DNA of 54,392 nucleotides from Oopsacas minuta (Eukaryota > Animalia > Porifera). Position numbers and translations under genes: made by a program. Below the pieces are notes generated by a model. That model had not been told where the DNA came from. It did no database searches and saw nothing but the letters and a program-made list of their open reading frames with translations. Shown here piece by piece: positions 25,029 through 39,160 of the stretch. The stretch is taken from NCBI GenBank assembly GCA_024704765.1, contig JAKMXF010000043.1:1-54392 (forward strand), read 5' to 3'. Positions within the stretch are counted from its first letter, which is position 1; each line of letters begins with the position of its first letter.

Positions 25029-27608
25029 CTACCATCTCTTATTGTTGTGCGTAATATTTATGAACTGAATATTTGTATTCACTTTCAGATTCAAAAATAA
25101 AGTTGTTTGTTTAAAAGTTAATGCAATCCACTCTGCTTAATTAGTACATGAGTTATAATTAAGTGGAAAACCTATAACCAAAAGAGGTCTATATTATGAC
25201 TCCAATGATAGCATAAATCCTTTTCTGGAGGGTTGTCCCGATTAAGACTAGACTGCAATTGGTACAACAGGTACCCATGTATTATTGGATTATTCTAATC
25301 TCAAATTTAGTGAACATAAGCTTGAGTACATATTCTAGCTAATGTTACCAATAAGTTGAGACTTGAAGTAATCAAATAAGTTTCTGAATTCCATCCTTCA
25401 AACAGCACATACACAACTAATAATAGAAATTTTAAAGGAAATCATTGTGAAGAATGTAAGTAATTTACATTATTGAATATTGATACAGTTTTTTGTTGAT
25501 ATTTATTTGTGAATTATAATACAGTTTATTATTTAGCCTCAAAAGTTATTATTTTAGTTAGCATTCTCTCTAATTTGTATAGAAAATATTTGCAACAATA
25601 TATATATATCTACAAAACACTAATTGTGGGGAGTTGCTATGGTATGGTAGTGCTCTAATTTGTTACTTACAAGTCTTGTTTCTAACTCCACTAATAGCTT
25701 AATCACAAACATGTGGCATGTTCGGTCCAGTTTGTATCAGTTATGAGTACTAGCATTTTTAATTTTTATTCAAGTCTACCATTAACGCTTCCAAAAACAC
25801 AAATAAACTTTCTTCGGTAAATTTGTTTACACTATATTTCCAAACAAACGGTAGTAGTATTTGTGAAGTACCGAGATAACATGTATTATTCATTATTAAC
25901 CAAAATTTTAGTGATGGTTTGCAGATTCTAAAATTGCACATAAATTGAATTATAAACGTGTAATACTATACATTTTCTAGGGAGGGAGCCCGACACCGCC
26001 ATACTGTTCACTCCCTGAAGTAATACTCTTCATTGCATCTCTGTTAACACAGGTTGCATTTTAGCTTCATACAGAACTCATTCTTCTCTTCTTTCAAAAT
26101 TTAACAACTGAGAGATCTCTACTATTGCTTTCCACATAATTATGCTGTGTGCATAATAGTAGAATTATCATCCTTAGTGACCAACAGATGTACAAGTTAA
26201 TCAATCTCGCGGAATATAACACTTATCTAATTAACTGAACTCCACCAGAACCTTAAAAGTATAAAAAGGACTCAGCTCTGTAGTTACTTGCAATCATTGA
26301 TTTTGCTGAATCTCTGTTTTTAGAATTCCTGAATACCAATATTAGGTGAGTCTCAGATTTTGTTTCGCTATTATCATTATCTTGATTTACACATTAGTAA
26401 GTAATTATTGGGCTGTATTATAATGAGTTCATGATCCTACCCTGCCAGCAAATCACTATATTCATTATATACATTTAGTAGTAACTGTATATTTATTATT
26501 GTAACTATCTTTTTTTGAGTAATACGATGTCTCATTATTTAATGTTAATACCCGCCCCCAGATGACTTGTTGTTTTAAAATTGCAATCTTGCCCCAAGCA
26601 AAGAAAGATTGTGAATTCTGTACTTTCACTGAAACTGTTTTGGAATTTAATTAATTTAGAGTTGGACTAATAAATATATATAACATATCTCCATGAATTT
26701 ACACACCTGGTATATATTGCATTCACACGAAATGCACTATTAATTCGTGGAAAGATTACATAATTTTCTCGAAAAAAATCGAAATTTAATATTTTTGATT
26801 TTTTTTCGGTATTTCCCTAAATTTTGAATTTGATTTTTATCACCAATTTTTACTGTCTGATTAATTTTCTAATAAATAGTATCAATATTGGATATTTGAC
26901 CCGTATAAACCTTACAATACGCGACTCTAAACAGCTGTATCTTCACATATCACTTGTTTGTAACCGTGATAGTTTCTTCACTCTACCGATTCCGTATTGT
27001 TATTTTGTCATTTACATATTCTTTCTATTCACAAACTCATGTTATCGGATGAACCATATGGCATACCTTCTTAAATGCATATGTTGATATTGAAGAATCT
27101 CTTCATAGGATTCTAATCCATTTTGAACATATGAGTATAGCATTTGTACATAGCATTTACATTAGCTAACCAACACAAATAGATGAAATCTGGAAATGTG
27201 TTTAATACAATTTGACTGAATATTGTTGCATAATGTATGCGCCCTATATACCATAAATCACATCACGTAGTCAAATGTTGGATATAGTAGGTTGACAGAA
27301 CTCTAATTTTGTCCATTAAAATTTGATATTGTCCAAAATCTGTATACTCTGTTAGAAGCGTGGTTACTATTCAGCGAATTGATTTGCTTACTTATATCAG
27401 TTTTCTAATTATATATAAATTCAACTCACCCCACATCTTATCATAAATAAATTCTATTAATTCTTATGACGAGCAGTTCTATCATTATACGTATTTATAT
27501 AACCAGTTCCTATGAAATTTATTTCAAGTGATAATTGCTTAAAACATCATTCACATTTCAATGACTACTGAAAACTACAGTAAATAATCATTAACAATTT
27601 AACATATA

Positions 27609-27701
27609 CGAGCCTATGGCTTGTCGCGTCGCGATGAACTCGGCGCATTGCGCCTCGAGGTATTCAACAGACAAACAACAATTGATATTTAATAATATTG
27701 A
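27609..27701 (-). mobile_element. 93-bp mini-Helitron
   Basis: Minus strand: A|TCAATATTATTAAATATCAATTGTTGTTTGTCTG ... two GC hairpins (GGCGCA-T-TGCGCC; TCGCG-T-CGCGA) ... CTCG|T, inserted in an AT dinucleotide. Confidence 0.65.
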
Positions 27702-28089
27702 TTATTATGCTTGTTAAAATTTCTTTCCATTGATATACACATCACACAGTCTAACGGGTATAAAGTATAATGTTATTATTAGCAATTAACAAATAATTGG
27801 AATAATATTCACGTATAATGCTTAAATTCTACTAATTATAATCAAATTTGTAAATCCTTGATTATATATTCATCCAATACCAGACACCTGAGATTATGTG
27901 TTAGATATATACTCAGTGTAGGCTAACTTAAGGTGAAATTGTGAAATATCATTGTGTCCTAGCCAGTATATATAATGCTGCAATATTGCCATATACCAGC
28001 AAACAGCTTCAGACAATTTATGAATCGTATTTATATATTTTTCTTTGATAGATACTACTGTAAATATATTATTTTTAATTGACTACACT

Positions 28090-31000
28090 ATGACTGGGCC
28101 ATATAAGACAATGTTTTTAACTAAAACCTCAAAGACGATATTCCAATCTGCCACACCTGTAACTAAGAGGATTAGATCAAATTCAATTCAATATTCTATC
28201 TATACACTACTAATTCTCCTGTTACCGACTCTGCTCTTTCACTGTACATCAGCTAGCCCTATCACACAAGAACCAGTTGCAGGTGAGTTATTCAATTACT
28301 CAATTCTAAATACTAAATATATACTTATAGTATGCTAATTTCCAGAAATACTAATTGAATAGAATTCAAGGGTTCCGCTTTACGAGATTAATATTATATT
28401 TACAGAACTAATTTAGCTTTAGTTATATTAGTAAATGCTAACTGTTTCACAATACTATACCAGAATTGCATTAGGGCTTGTTCTATAGATTTCTACGCAC
28501 ATAGGTCAGTGTATAAGATATCTATACATCTATTAATTATCAGTTACTCATCCGTGTTTGATATTATAGAGAATGTTATCTGATCATATTTGGACTGTAT
28601 TTATAGATGAACAGCTGTCTTTCCAATTCTAGTTATACATTGTGAGGCTCTTGTACCTTAGAAATTGATATTCTTCCCTCTTGATAAGGGAGGGTTTAAA
28701 TTTAACATATATAACCATTCTGTTAAAGTTTAGAATGAATTTTATCAGAAACCTCGCAATATATTTGTTAACATTTCGTATAGTCCTGTCCTGTTTCTGG
28801 GTATACATATTTTACCTAAAGGAAGCCTCCTAGTTGTTGAATTGGATAGTTTACAGTGGGATTCGTCTACATCCCACTCAGATTAATCTGACCACCGGAT
28901 AATCATGCCACCCGCTTATTTGGTCCATTTTCTCTTGGAGTGAAGTCCTCGATCGTCCTCATATTTACACACTAATTCAATCGCATCATTTTATTTTCCT
29001 TCAGATATTGTTTATACTTTCATATTGCATTGAATATTTCTAATGAGTATGTTAACTAATATAATTGTGTCAGCTATAAGATGATATAAGAGTATTTAGT
29101 TGCAGTTTGGTTGGTGGTTTGCGCCGCTAGATTTGTACCATCTCCGTTTAGTTTGTTACTTCATCATCTTTCTACCACGATCACGTAGTCAATTATTCCT
29201 CTGGATCTAACATTATGTCTGCTGTAAAATATCTTAGTTTGTTGTGGGACCATTCCGGACAATTCTTGTAATCATAACTTCAAAGATTATAATCCTTTGA
29301 CCTTTAATAAGCTCTGAGAATTATCTTCAAGAAAAACAATCCCACGCGACCTCTAAATGCTTTGCGTTGTGTTATCCTTCACATTATGATATAAATTGTT
29401 ATATGACTATAATTAAAATAGTTTATCTATCTGATAGTATAGTAGCATTGTAAATGTAATGGATCGATTAATTTTCATTTACTAGTTAGATCCAACAGAT
29501 ATTAGTTTCAGAACTATCTAGATACAATATTAATGTTAATTGAATCAGTTTCACTATTCTATCCGTTGATCCATTGAAGTCTATTGTTACAGTATTTACT
29601 ATTAATTAATATACATCATAGTTAAGTGAACTTGTAGTGATAATCTATTGAATTTCTTTTACCTTAACTTTACAAAATTTCTTTATTATTTACGTAGATA
29701 TTTCACAAGCTGTGCTACAAGATGACAGCGCTCAACTCAACAAAGCTGTTGACATACCTAGGATCAACAGCGAACTAGGTGAGAGATAGCCTTCGAATAT
29801 ACCAATATATTATGATGTAGATACGAATATTTTAACGATAACTGTATATCATTACATCGCTTTCGGATTATCTGCATTTTTTCGAAAACTTTCATTCAAG
29901 GCTTCTCGTTAATCCGCTTGTGTAGGTTATCCGTAAGTACCCGCATTCCTACGGATACAATTAATAGATTATTACATTCATACTCTTGAACGAATAACTA
30001 GTAGGAATGCGTCTTGCCCGACTGTCTATGCTTGTTAAATAAGGATTACTCATACATCTTATAAATTAACTGGCATCATTATCTGCTGCCTATTAACAAA
30101 CTATACCTACATAATTCTTTTTCAAAATGAAGTCCTCAAGTTGATTAAGTTGATACTTAATACAGTCAACTCCCCGTTATATCAAAGCTCAAGGATAATT
30201 ACTTCGAAATAACCAATGGATTTATATTACTTTGACGGTTTGAGACCATATTTGTACAATTTTATATTTCTATATATCCGTGTTCGCTATTACGGGAGTT
30301 GACTGTATACAAAATTAATATACCTGTTTTATCATAATGACTTAATCTATGAAATAGTTGAGTTTTGTGATACTCCCTCGAATCTAAATCTATACACTAC
30401 ATTAGTATATACAGTTAAAGGAGAAAAGTATTCGACCACTTACCGTATTTAATACTAAGTGTATCAAACTAAAATCGAATTACTCTGATGTATAAAAGAA
30501 TATCTTAATTTCTTGGGCGAATAAGAATATAATGAAATATTTGCAATTCTGAAATTGTCGAATACTTTTGTCCTTTAACTGCAGTGGAGTCTCCGAATAA
30601 CGGACACGTTGGGGACATGGTATCTGTTTGTTGTAGAGAATTGTCCGCTCCTCGGAGACTGCTTAAGTAGTAATTACATGCTTGGCAAATTCAATCCGTG
30701 CCTGAAGGTTTGTCCGTTGTATGGGGTTGTCCGCTTCTCGGAGTGTCCGTTTTGGGAGACTACTGTATGTATATATCTCTCTCTATATATATTTCTATAA
30801 TTCTTTGCTATTGTGCATACATAGTAGGATTGCTTCTCATCTCATTCAATATGCTGTAGATAGCATTTACCATTTGTAGGTGTATTCATTCTATATAGAA
30901 TCAGGTGGAATGTGTCTCATTGTTTCATGATAATCCATTCCTTGTATATACAGATTATATGTAAACTGATTAATTAATATAAGTACATAGTAGTTTGATA

Positions 31001-34000
31001 ATTATTCCTTATGTTTATCTTGTAGGATTGTTTCAAGGAGATATCAAACTTTCAAGTTTCCAACAGAGTCTCTATGAGATTATTACGTCCAGAAAGTTCC
31101 ATCCACAGACACCATTACCTGAGAGAATGATAGAGTATTGGCCTAATGGCATAATCTACTATGACACATCTTCTATCAAGGGTAGGGGTATAATTCTTAT
31201 GTAATACGAATTTAGAATTGGGAAATCGGCAGACAAAATTTAGTAATTATTAAATTAATATTTATACGAATTTACCATTGATTATGCTAAGTACTTGTTC
31301 CACATCTCCACCGCATTATTTAGTTTCTCTCTCGCTTAACAATTTTACATAAATAATATCGTTATAGAATATATATTAAGCATTTAATATCAATCTAATA
31401 AACAAATAAGCTGCAAGAAAATATAATAAACTCCAGTAACTATCAGCTATACTACTAATATGGAGATTACAGTGTTCTTTCCTCACTCATCATGTATTAT
31501 TTTATTTTTTCTTCTAGATGCTAGATTACTCAAATTGATAAATATGGCTACTAATAGCTTAATCTGGGAAACACAGATTCTAATCTTTATTGAAAGTAAT
31601 CCTACAACTGTAGACTATATCAAATTTACAGAGAATGACGGGTAAGTTAGAAAAAATATTTATTATTCAAATTTTCATATTTGCCAACTGTCTGGATTAA
31701 TACTAATAAACTCTAAGATCCACCATTATGTCCTGATACTCCTTTCTAGTTGGCAAGTGTATGTATAAAATATTTCCTCAATATAATTAAATTTCATTCT
31801 ACCTGTAGTTGCTGGTCCTACCTGGGGAAACAAGGTGGCCCTCAAGAGATCGCACTTGGTTCCCACTCCTGTAGATATCGTAACGTCATTATGCATCAAA
31901 TACTCCATGCTCTCGGCTTTGTTCACGAAGAATCACGACCTGACAGAGACAAAAATGTTGAAATAGACTTTGAGAATGTTGCAGATGGTGAGATTCATTT
32001 CTAAGTCATTGCTCTTTCATTTATGATTAATTATCCATTAAATTTGACGTAATATTTAAGTTATTTTATCTTTCCATCTTCGGTATGTATCCAGATGTTA
32101 TTCTTATTATTCTACAGGTAAAGAAACCTACTTTGACATTGTACCAGAAGAACTGGCACTAACTAATGGAACAAACTATCAATACGAGAGTATAATGCAT
32201 TCCCTCAAGAAAACTTCTTCAAAGGAAACTAGAGACGGATACAAACAAACAATCAGACCATTATTGAGCAAGAATGGATTTGACAACTTTGGTTCTATTA
32301 ATTCTCTTACGCTTATTGACATAACACGTATCAAAGCTATATATTATCCACATGCTGTTTCACAGGGTCTCTGGACTGAGTGGTCACACTGGTCCCCTTG
32401 TTCAGTAACCTGTAGCTCAGGTCTTAAATCCCGTACTAGAATATGCTTCAAGTCTGACAGCACCCATGTATGTCCTGGTAGTAATTTCGAGCTCTCTAGA
32501 TGTCACAAGTATGCCTGTATGGGTGAAGGTATGTTGCTTAACCCATAATTGTATATTTTAGCTGAGCTCATAAGGGTCAGGGTAATCTGGTAGCTGTAGT
32601 TATTCACTACTGTTCTATCGATAATTATTATATTAAATATTTATCTTCACATTTATTATAACTTGTTTTATAGTTCGTCCTGAATGGGGTGAATGGGGTG
32701 AGTGGAGTTTGTGCTCAGCATCTTGTGACGGAGGCAGACAGGTTCGAGTGAGACAGTGTGAAGGAGCAGACGTATGCACTAAGGGAAAAGGGAGACAGTA
32801 TCGTACTTGTGGTACATATAAATGTCCAGGTAATTATTTATACTTAAAATAGTGTAGTTATACATAGTTTATCGGTTCTATAAATGAATTGTATATTAGG
32901 TGCATGGAACGACTGGACACCATGGAGTGCCTGCAGTCAAACATGTCACTACGGGAAAGCAAGCAGAACAAGAGTGTGTAATGGTGAAAACTGCGAGGGG
33001 CCAGATACAAAGACTAAAATATGCAACTATAAAGTACTTTGTTCTCCAGGTGAGTATTTAACCTATTTTATGTCACAAAGACTAACCATTAAAGCCTGCA
33101 GGAATATATGTTCAGTCTCCTATAGAATTTAACGACAATTTAGACTTAACAATAATACGATATATCAGACTGTCTGTTAATTTACATTATCGATTAGTAA
33201 TACTAAATGCCATTAAATCCTGTAAATATCTCAAAAATGTTGCCATTGGCTTCATTAATCAGATTTTCCATTGATGTATCATACATTCTTTTGACATATG
33301 GTCCCATAGCAACGCGTTCTATTTTTAGAAATTTGTATTGCGCATTCTGGGAACATATGTTGCATTCAACAATTGAATTTGTAATATTAGGCTTCCCGTA
33401 ATGCTGATTTTGTTATACATGTATTTATCATACATTTACTAAAATATATTTCATTGAAGCAAGTATCGAGAGTCTTTAAGACCCCATTTAAGGTAGCAAT
33501 ATGTCTCAGATCAATAAGAATGATTTACGTGATTATCAGTCACTATCTCTGTAAAAAGTGAAGGAATCAGCCATAAAATTATGTAAGAGTGTTTGACTTG
33601 GGTTCTTATTCAAATTCCATTCCAAATAATTTTATTTCTATTAATGTCATAATTTTGAAAATTTCACTAATGAGGTAGTATATGAGACAAGGCCACTAAA
33701 TGTTAGAGTAAGACTTCTCAATTGTGATTACGTGTTATGTATTCTTACTTTATTAAGCTTGGGAAGAATGGAGCGACTGGACAAGTTGTACAAATGGGAA
33801 AGTAACAAGAACGAGAAGATGTACTCTACCTCCTTATAGATGCAGAGGTCCTCATACTGAAGAGTTAGAATGTACAACTGACAGTAAGTTAATAACTATA
33901 ACTAATAATTTCTAAATCATGTGTCCTCAACCCACTATACTTCATTAATTAGCCACTGAAAAATACAAATTATCCTATATACTATGTATTAAATACATAA

Positions 34001-34475
34001 ACAGACTACGTTATCATGATTATTCCCCAAGCTGTTTATATTATCTAATGGTCTTATGTAGCCAAATATTTTACAAATTCAAGTGGCCAGCATTGAATTT
34101 TGTTCCGTGGTATATTGGTCCATAATCGATCTACAGCCAAATAATAAATTAAGGCCTGAAACTTGCATTTTTCATCTGAGTTTTATCAATCATTTTATAG
34201 AAAGTGTTTGATAAACTGAACATATTGAAAATGCCACCAACTAATAATGCTACATTTAATCGATATTTTGTTTGTTTGTAGTTGACACCACTGAAGCACT
34301 GAACTCCAGCGGAGAACTTCAAACAACTGATACCTGGAGCACTTGGTCTCCTTGTAGTACTTCTTGCGGACCTGGCGATCAAACAAGAGCAAACTCCTGT
34401 GGGAACCTTGGGGAATGTCGTCAGGTGAGAAGATGTCAAATTACTACAAGATGCGCACAAGACTCTAATGTCTAA
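28090..34475 (+). CDS. Secreted astacin (M12A)-like protein with five TSP1 repeats, probably catalytically inactive; 10 exons, 589 aa
   Basis: Exons 28090-28282, 29698-29778, 31026-31181, 31518-31641, 31809-31987, 32118-32528, 32674-32829, 32900-33049, 33758-33883, 34282-34475 (1770 nt). Hydrophobic signal segment, pro-motif LFQGDI, WPNGIIYY, GCWSYLG, HQILHALGFVHEESRPDRD, SIMHS, and five WxxWSxCS-type repeats. The start Met could be 28111. Confidence 0.9.
30163..30305. mobile_element. Tigger/pogo-like MITE
   Basis: Perfect 12-bp TIR CAGTCAACTCCC / GGGAGTTGACTG with TA on both sides. Confidence 0.88.
30582..30765. mobile_element. Tigger/pogo-like MITE
   Basis: CAGTGGAGTCTCCGAATAACGGACAC versus GTGTCCGTTTTGGGAGACTACTG|TA, with internal TGTCCG repeats. 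Confidence 0.75.
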
Positions 34476-35503
34476 AGCTACCATTTACAAACTTAAGTTT
34501 ATATGTTCATGGTAAGCACCATATTCTAGGATAGCATTTTGTAGGATAATTGTGAATGTATCCATTCTACTACGCACATGACATTCCATATGTACATGAC
34601 GTAACTATGATTTACGCCAGTCTAATATCTGAAAGGCAATTGTATACATATTTACAGTAGATGTTTGTAGGTAGCTTTAGACCAGATTTAGATGTGCTAC
34701 TTGTTGTAACATAAAGTTAATTACGAATATTCAATCTTACTTTAGAATAGAATAAAATTAATGCATGTACACGTTTGTATGAAAAGAATGTGAATTGCTC
34801 ATTATGATTTCAATCCCTAACTTTAAATCTACATACGTCATAACACAATGGATATATTCATAATCCCACTGTACCTCTAATACATTTATATATATTCTCT
34901 CCTTTTATAGATGTTAATACTTTTAGCTGCCCTCCTCTGTATTTTCCCACACATACTTCATCACCTCTTCCAGATTTAGAAGCACTCTGATGTTGCACTT
35001 TATTTTTACTACAATTATTTCCCTGTAGTCAATTTGACGTTTTATCCTGACTCCCTATGTACATACATTGCCTGTTAATAATTGCATGCTAACTGCATGT
35101 CTTCTTAGCTAGATTTTGTATTTATTTGAGCTAACACTCAATCAACTGTAAATATTTTCTTCCCATTCACTTCAAAACTAAGATACAATTGTTATTATAA
35201 TTATTCTGGAAATATGTAGTTATTCTATAGTTATCTAAGGGTATATGGGTGTAACAGCAATGCAAGATACTGGTAGAATATTCCTTCTGTGCTTGCGGAG
35301 CATAATAATGGGTTGTGCCATATAAGAGGAGTAGGATTAGTTATTTATTTCATTTCAACTGTTCACTCAATCCTACTACTCCTGGTTACCAACAGCTGGA
35401 GGAATTGATATTTCTATCTTGCTTGTACTATGTACATATGATGTATTTGTTTGCACAGCTTTAATATTACGGAATTGTTGCATATTATTATATTAGGGCA
35501 TAC

Positions 35504-35562
35504 AGCTCACTATACACGATGCAGCTTTGTTATATGCAAATAAAGCTGCATCGTGTTTGTGT
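35504..35562. mobile_element. Harbinger-MITE remnant / hairpin
   Basis: 15-bp perfect stem ACACGATGCAGCTTT / AAAGCTGCATCGTGT (35514-35528, 35542-35556). Same terminal motif as the copy at 9671. Confidence 0.65.
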
Positions 35563-35812
35563 AGGGTGGACTTTACAAAAGAAAGATCGAGATCTCGATC
35601 ATAATTAAATATATTTTGTGTAATTATTCCCTTCCCTAGTTTGTATATAAGAATATTTCAATTTATCCCACCCCGAAACTTTTCAGATCTTTTGATAGAT
35701 CACATTGCTTGAGGAAATATTTATTTAGTTTCGAATGTTAATTAAATAATTCTATAGAAGTCTAAAATTCCCCGCCCCTTTTACCCTACTAATATCCTGA
35801 AGACAGTTAATA

Positions 35813-38800
35813 ATGCAGCAATCAAGAAGTAATAACAAAACTTATGAAATGTCAGATTCTAAACTGGTACGAGAGAATTCCTCAGGAAAATCTACAAAAA
35901 AGGTTATTTCAAAGACAGAGTTGAGTGGTTAGTATCTTGATAGCATATTATAATTATTGCTGTTATGATTTATTCGAGTGATAATTATTTGTAAGATTAT
36001 TATCTCAGCTTCACTATCTGCATCAACTGCTAAATATTGTCAATTATCTCGCCCACTGTCTAAATTTCTTCAGCTGCAAATATGCATCTCTGCGTATCAT
36101 AAAATAATAACATAATGATAAAATGAAATACCGCCTGCATCCTCTTATCACAGATGCAAATATAAACTAAACCCACCATACACGATACACAATTGTTGCA
36201 TGCAACACGGTTGCATCGTGTATGGTGGGCTTAATGGAAATAATGGGTTATACAAGTAGTTATCAAGAATTACAAATATTCAAAAGATTAAGAAATAGTA
36301 ACATTTTTACCACTGAATCATATTACAAGGTAAGACACAATTTGGGAGAATTGTGCCAGGACATATGCCGTACCCTCATTAATTTTTGAGATATAATCTA
36401 CAAGAAAATGTGGTAGCTAATAATTAGACCACTGCTAAGATAAAATTGTTCAGCTCTACACCTACCTGACATCCATTTGAGCATGCAGCAGTATCTTAGT
36501 TACTGTAACGATAGGTAATTAATGTGTGTTGCACGACATAAATGTATAGTTTAATAAATGTTACTAACTACAATCTTATAACTTGTTGTTGACTAAACAG
36601 AAATCAAGATTAGTTGGAAACATGGAATGGCGGAAATAAGTAGTAGAGTCTGGAGAAATTTGTACCTAAGAATATTTCGTACAAATCTAATTTAATTACT
36701 ACCCAGTGAACTTATATACTTTACCGAATCCAGCCCTGTAACCAGTTAAAGAGCTGAGACACTTTAGCGCTGCGAATATAGCTAATATACCATAGTATAT
36801 ATCATAGTATATATCTGACTCAACAACACAAATAGCGCATGGAGATACCTTGGAAACACACACAAGGGTAGGATTAACGTCAATTATTCAATTAAACTCT
36901 ATCCAGACATCTCTGATAGTCGGTTAAAGACACTGGCGAAACAATTGGTATTAGACCTTATATATCAAGAACATTTCCGCTACGAATTTTCCCTGCGATT
37001 ATATTTCCGTCACCGAGTTGGTTTGTTGCATAGATATTATGAAACGTCACTGATCTGAATGATTATTTTTGAGCTATTAAAAATATGGATCCTCATGCAG
37101 ATTATGTAAATCCTTATGTAGATTCAAAGAGATAATGAATATCTAATTCCACATCCGCGGAACTTGTGGAATTTAAACTGTTTCAACAACAACAATTTTT
37201 GTAAATAAAGACCCTGATCTTCTCACAAAGTTGTCACTAAATCTGCATGCGGATTTACATATTTAATCTATATTATTAAATCTCATTTGTTGTCTGTTTG
37301 TTCATCCGTTGTCAAGGAAAGCGAACACAAAGTATTGGCAAGCAGCGCAGACGAGCAAGCGAAGCGGATCATATATGTTATTTTTTCGAACTTTCTATTG
37401 GTCCTATTTGCATCCGGAATTATATAAGTACATATATGTATGAATATATTTCTTGTAGATAGCATGTTCAGCAATCCTGATGAAGCTATCTCCTTTCGAC
37501 AACCTGTTGCTACTGGTAGCCAATCATCAGAAGTTGACAAATTCCTGGAGCATGCGGGGGAGCTGCAACAACTGAGTGAGATGGATGCTAATCTACAGAG
37601 ACATATAGCACAGGGAGGTATTTTACACCTAGCTTCTCTGGGTAGTAATCAGGATCTTGAAGACAGCAATACTTCTACTGACAATTCTCTTATAGAGTCT
37701 GCTTCTGTAAATCTTCCACAACTTAAAGTATGTGTACTATTTTTATATATTTATTGAAGCATATTATTCTATATTTATCACATTGTATATATTCGTAGTT
37801 GAAAGCTATAATGCGTCCTGTTACAGATATCCAACTAACTCCTCCTCTCCTGTCTCTCCTCTCTCCTACTAATCCCCTGCCCTCATGGGACCCCAGCACC
37901 CTAGATATGATCCCAACCCCTATATTCCACATATACTTACCAGACATAACAGATGTACACAAAATTAACCTAGTTAACGAGATTATATATGCTCACGATC
38001 ATATCAGAAGAATTAGAGCTTTGCGAGTAATTAAGCAGTGCGTGCTGCTCTCCAAACAACAAGCCTTCATAACATTTGATACGTTAATCCGCGTTATTTC
38101 ACACCTCATGGCAGACAGGGAGTGGTTACTGAGTCTAGCTGAGTCATGTTGCCTCAATTTTAGTATTATATCTCTCCTACAGCAACACAATGAGTTAGTT
38201 GCTAGTCTTATACGCATGTTGTTGAATATAATGATAATTTAATGTGGTCCTTGACTTCGCTATAATTATTGTTATAGAAGTGATTCTGGATCAAAATCTT
38301 CAGTACCTCTGTCAAACTTACACCTGGGTAATATATGGGAAGTGTGTTCTCTCCAAATGACGTTATATCCCTCCTGTTACTCAGAAGAAGAGAATTGTTT
38401 CATCCTTTCTCTCTCCCTGCTACTGATTGTAGATAAAGAGTTAGATAATTGTAATAAATACAATGACAAGTTGTTTAGCTTCATCAGCTGTCAGATACTT
38501 TCTTGTCAGCTTAAAGTCCTGAGTTGTGTGCTAAAAGTTGTGTTAGATAGAGTTACACACCATCATACACTGCTACGTCTGTGTAGCTCTATACCTACAT
38601 GTCATCCTAAATGCTCTGCTTCTCAAGTATGGTTGCTAATCAGTTCTCTAACGAGTACTCACAAGGACCGTAGGAGGGACCCGTCCGTTTTAGGTGTGTT
38701 GATATATTGCACATTACACAGACAAAATTCTGATTGATATTTTCAGGATTTCTTATCTCTCATTTAGAAGATATCTACAAATTAATTCCCAACATAGTGC

Positions 38801-39069
38801 TAGAACTGTTAGAGTCCTATCTCACAGACAGAGATATGGATCAACACTGTGACATGTACAAGTTACACTCAGAACTACACATGTTGTATCTTATATTAAA
38901 GTACTCAAAGGAGGCAGACTGGACGGAAGAACAGTACCAGTCTCTGAGAGACAGTCTGCATCTACTCTCACAAATGTTCAGAAAGTATTCTCTCAATCTG
39001 GATGGAATTAAAATTAAGGAATGTATTAGACATCTCCTCACAAGAGTAGATAAGGGACACTCCTTATGA
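35813..39069 (+). CDS. SLF2: SLF2/FAM178-like (Nse6-type SMC5/6 localisation factor, CANIN domain), 5 exons, 513 aa
   Basis: Exons 35813-35927, 37459-37727, 37799-38217, 38278-38693, 38747-39069 (1542 nt; exon-3 donor weak, exon 1 inferred from phase). EVDKFLEHAGELQQLSEMDANLQRHIAQG resembles SLF2 [64 protein letters not shown] resembles [47 protein letters not shown] resembles PHNLLWLVQLVP. Confidence 0.75.
36171..36231. mobile_element. 61-bp Harbinger MITE, nearly pure TIR pair
   Basis: TAA|ACCCACCATACACGAT...ATCGTGTATGGTGGGCT|TAA. Confidence 0.75.
37267..37371 (+). mobile_element. ~105-bp internally deleted Helitron, SLF2 intron 1
   Basis: A|TCTATATTATTAAATCTC...GTCTGTTTG...CCGTTGTCAAGG joined to a degenerate 3' block (AACACAAAGTATT...GAGCAAGCGAAGCG) that matches the ends at 50953 and 52004. 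Confidence 0.6.
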
Positions 39070-39160
39070 ATTTTGATTCACGAAGAAATCTATCAATTTG
39101 CAATATATTTAATTAGACTCATATTTGTACTTGTAAGTAGCTGAAATTTGCGAAAGTATG

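Noticed and set aside
25339-25455. Orphan exon-like segment ending FKGNHCEE (EGF-like) with good splice sites
   Set aside because: The only usable frame has a stop and no partner exons were identified. Too little to call.
34911-34990. Possible extra last exon of the astacin gene
   Set aside because: No phase-compatible strong donor before the stop at 34475. It may be 3' UTR splicing.
35240-35405. GPCR-like hydrophobic fragment (CHIRGVGLVIYFISTVHSILLLLV)
   Set aside because: Short, contains a stop and has no supporting neighbours.
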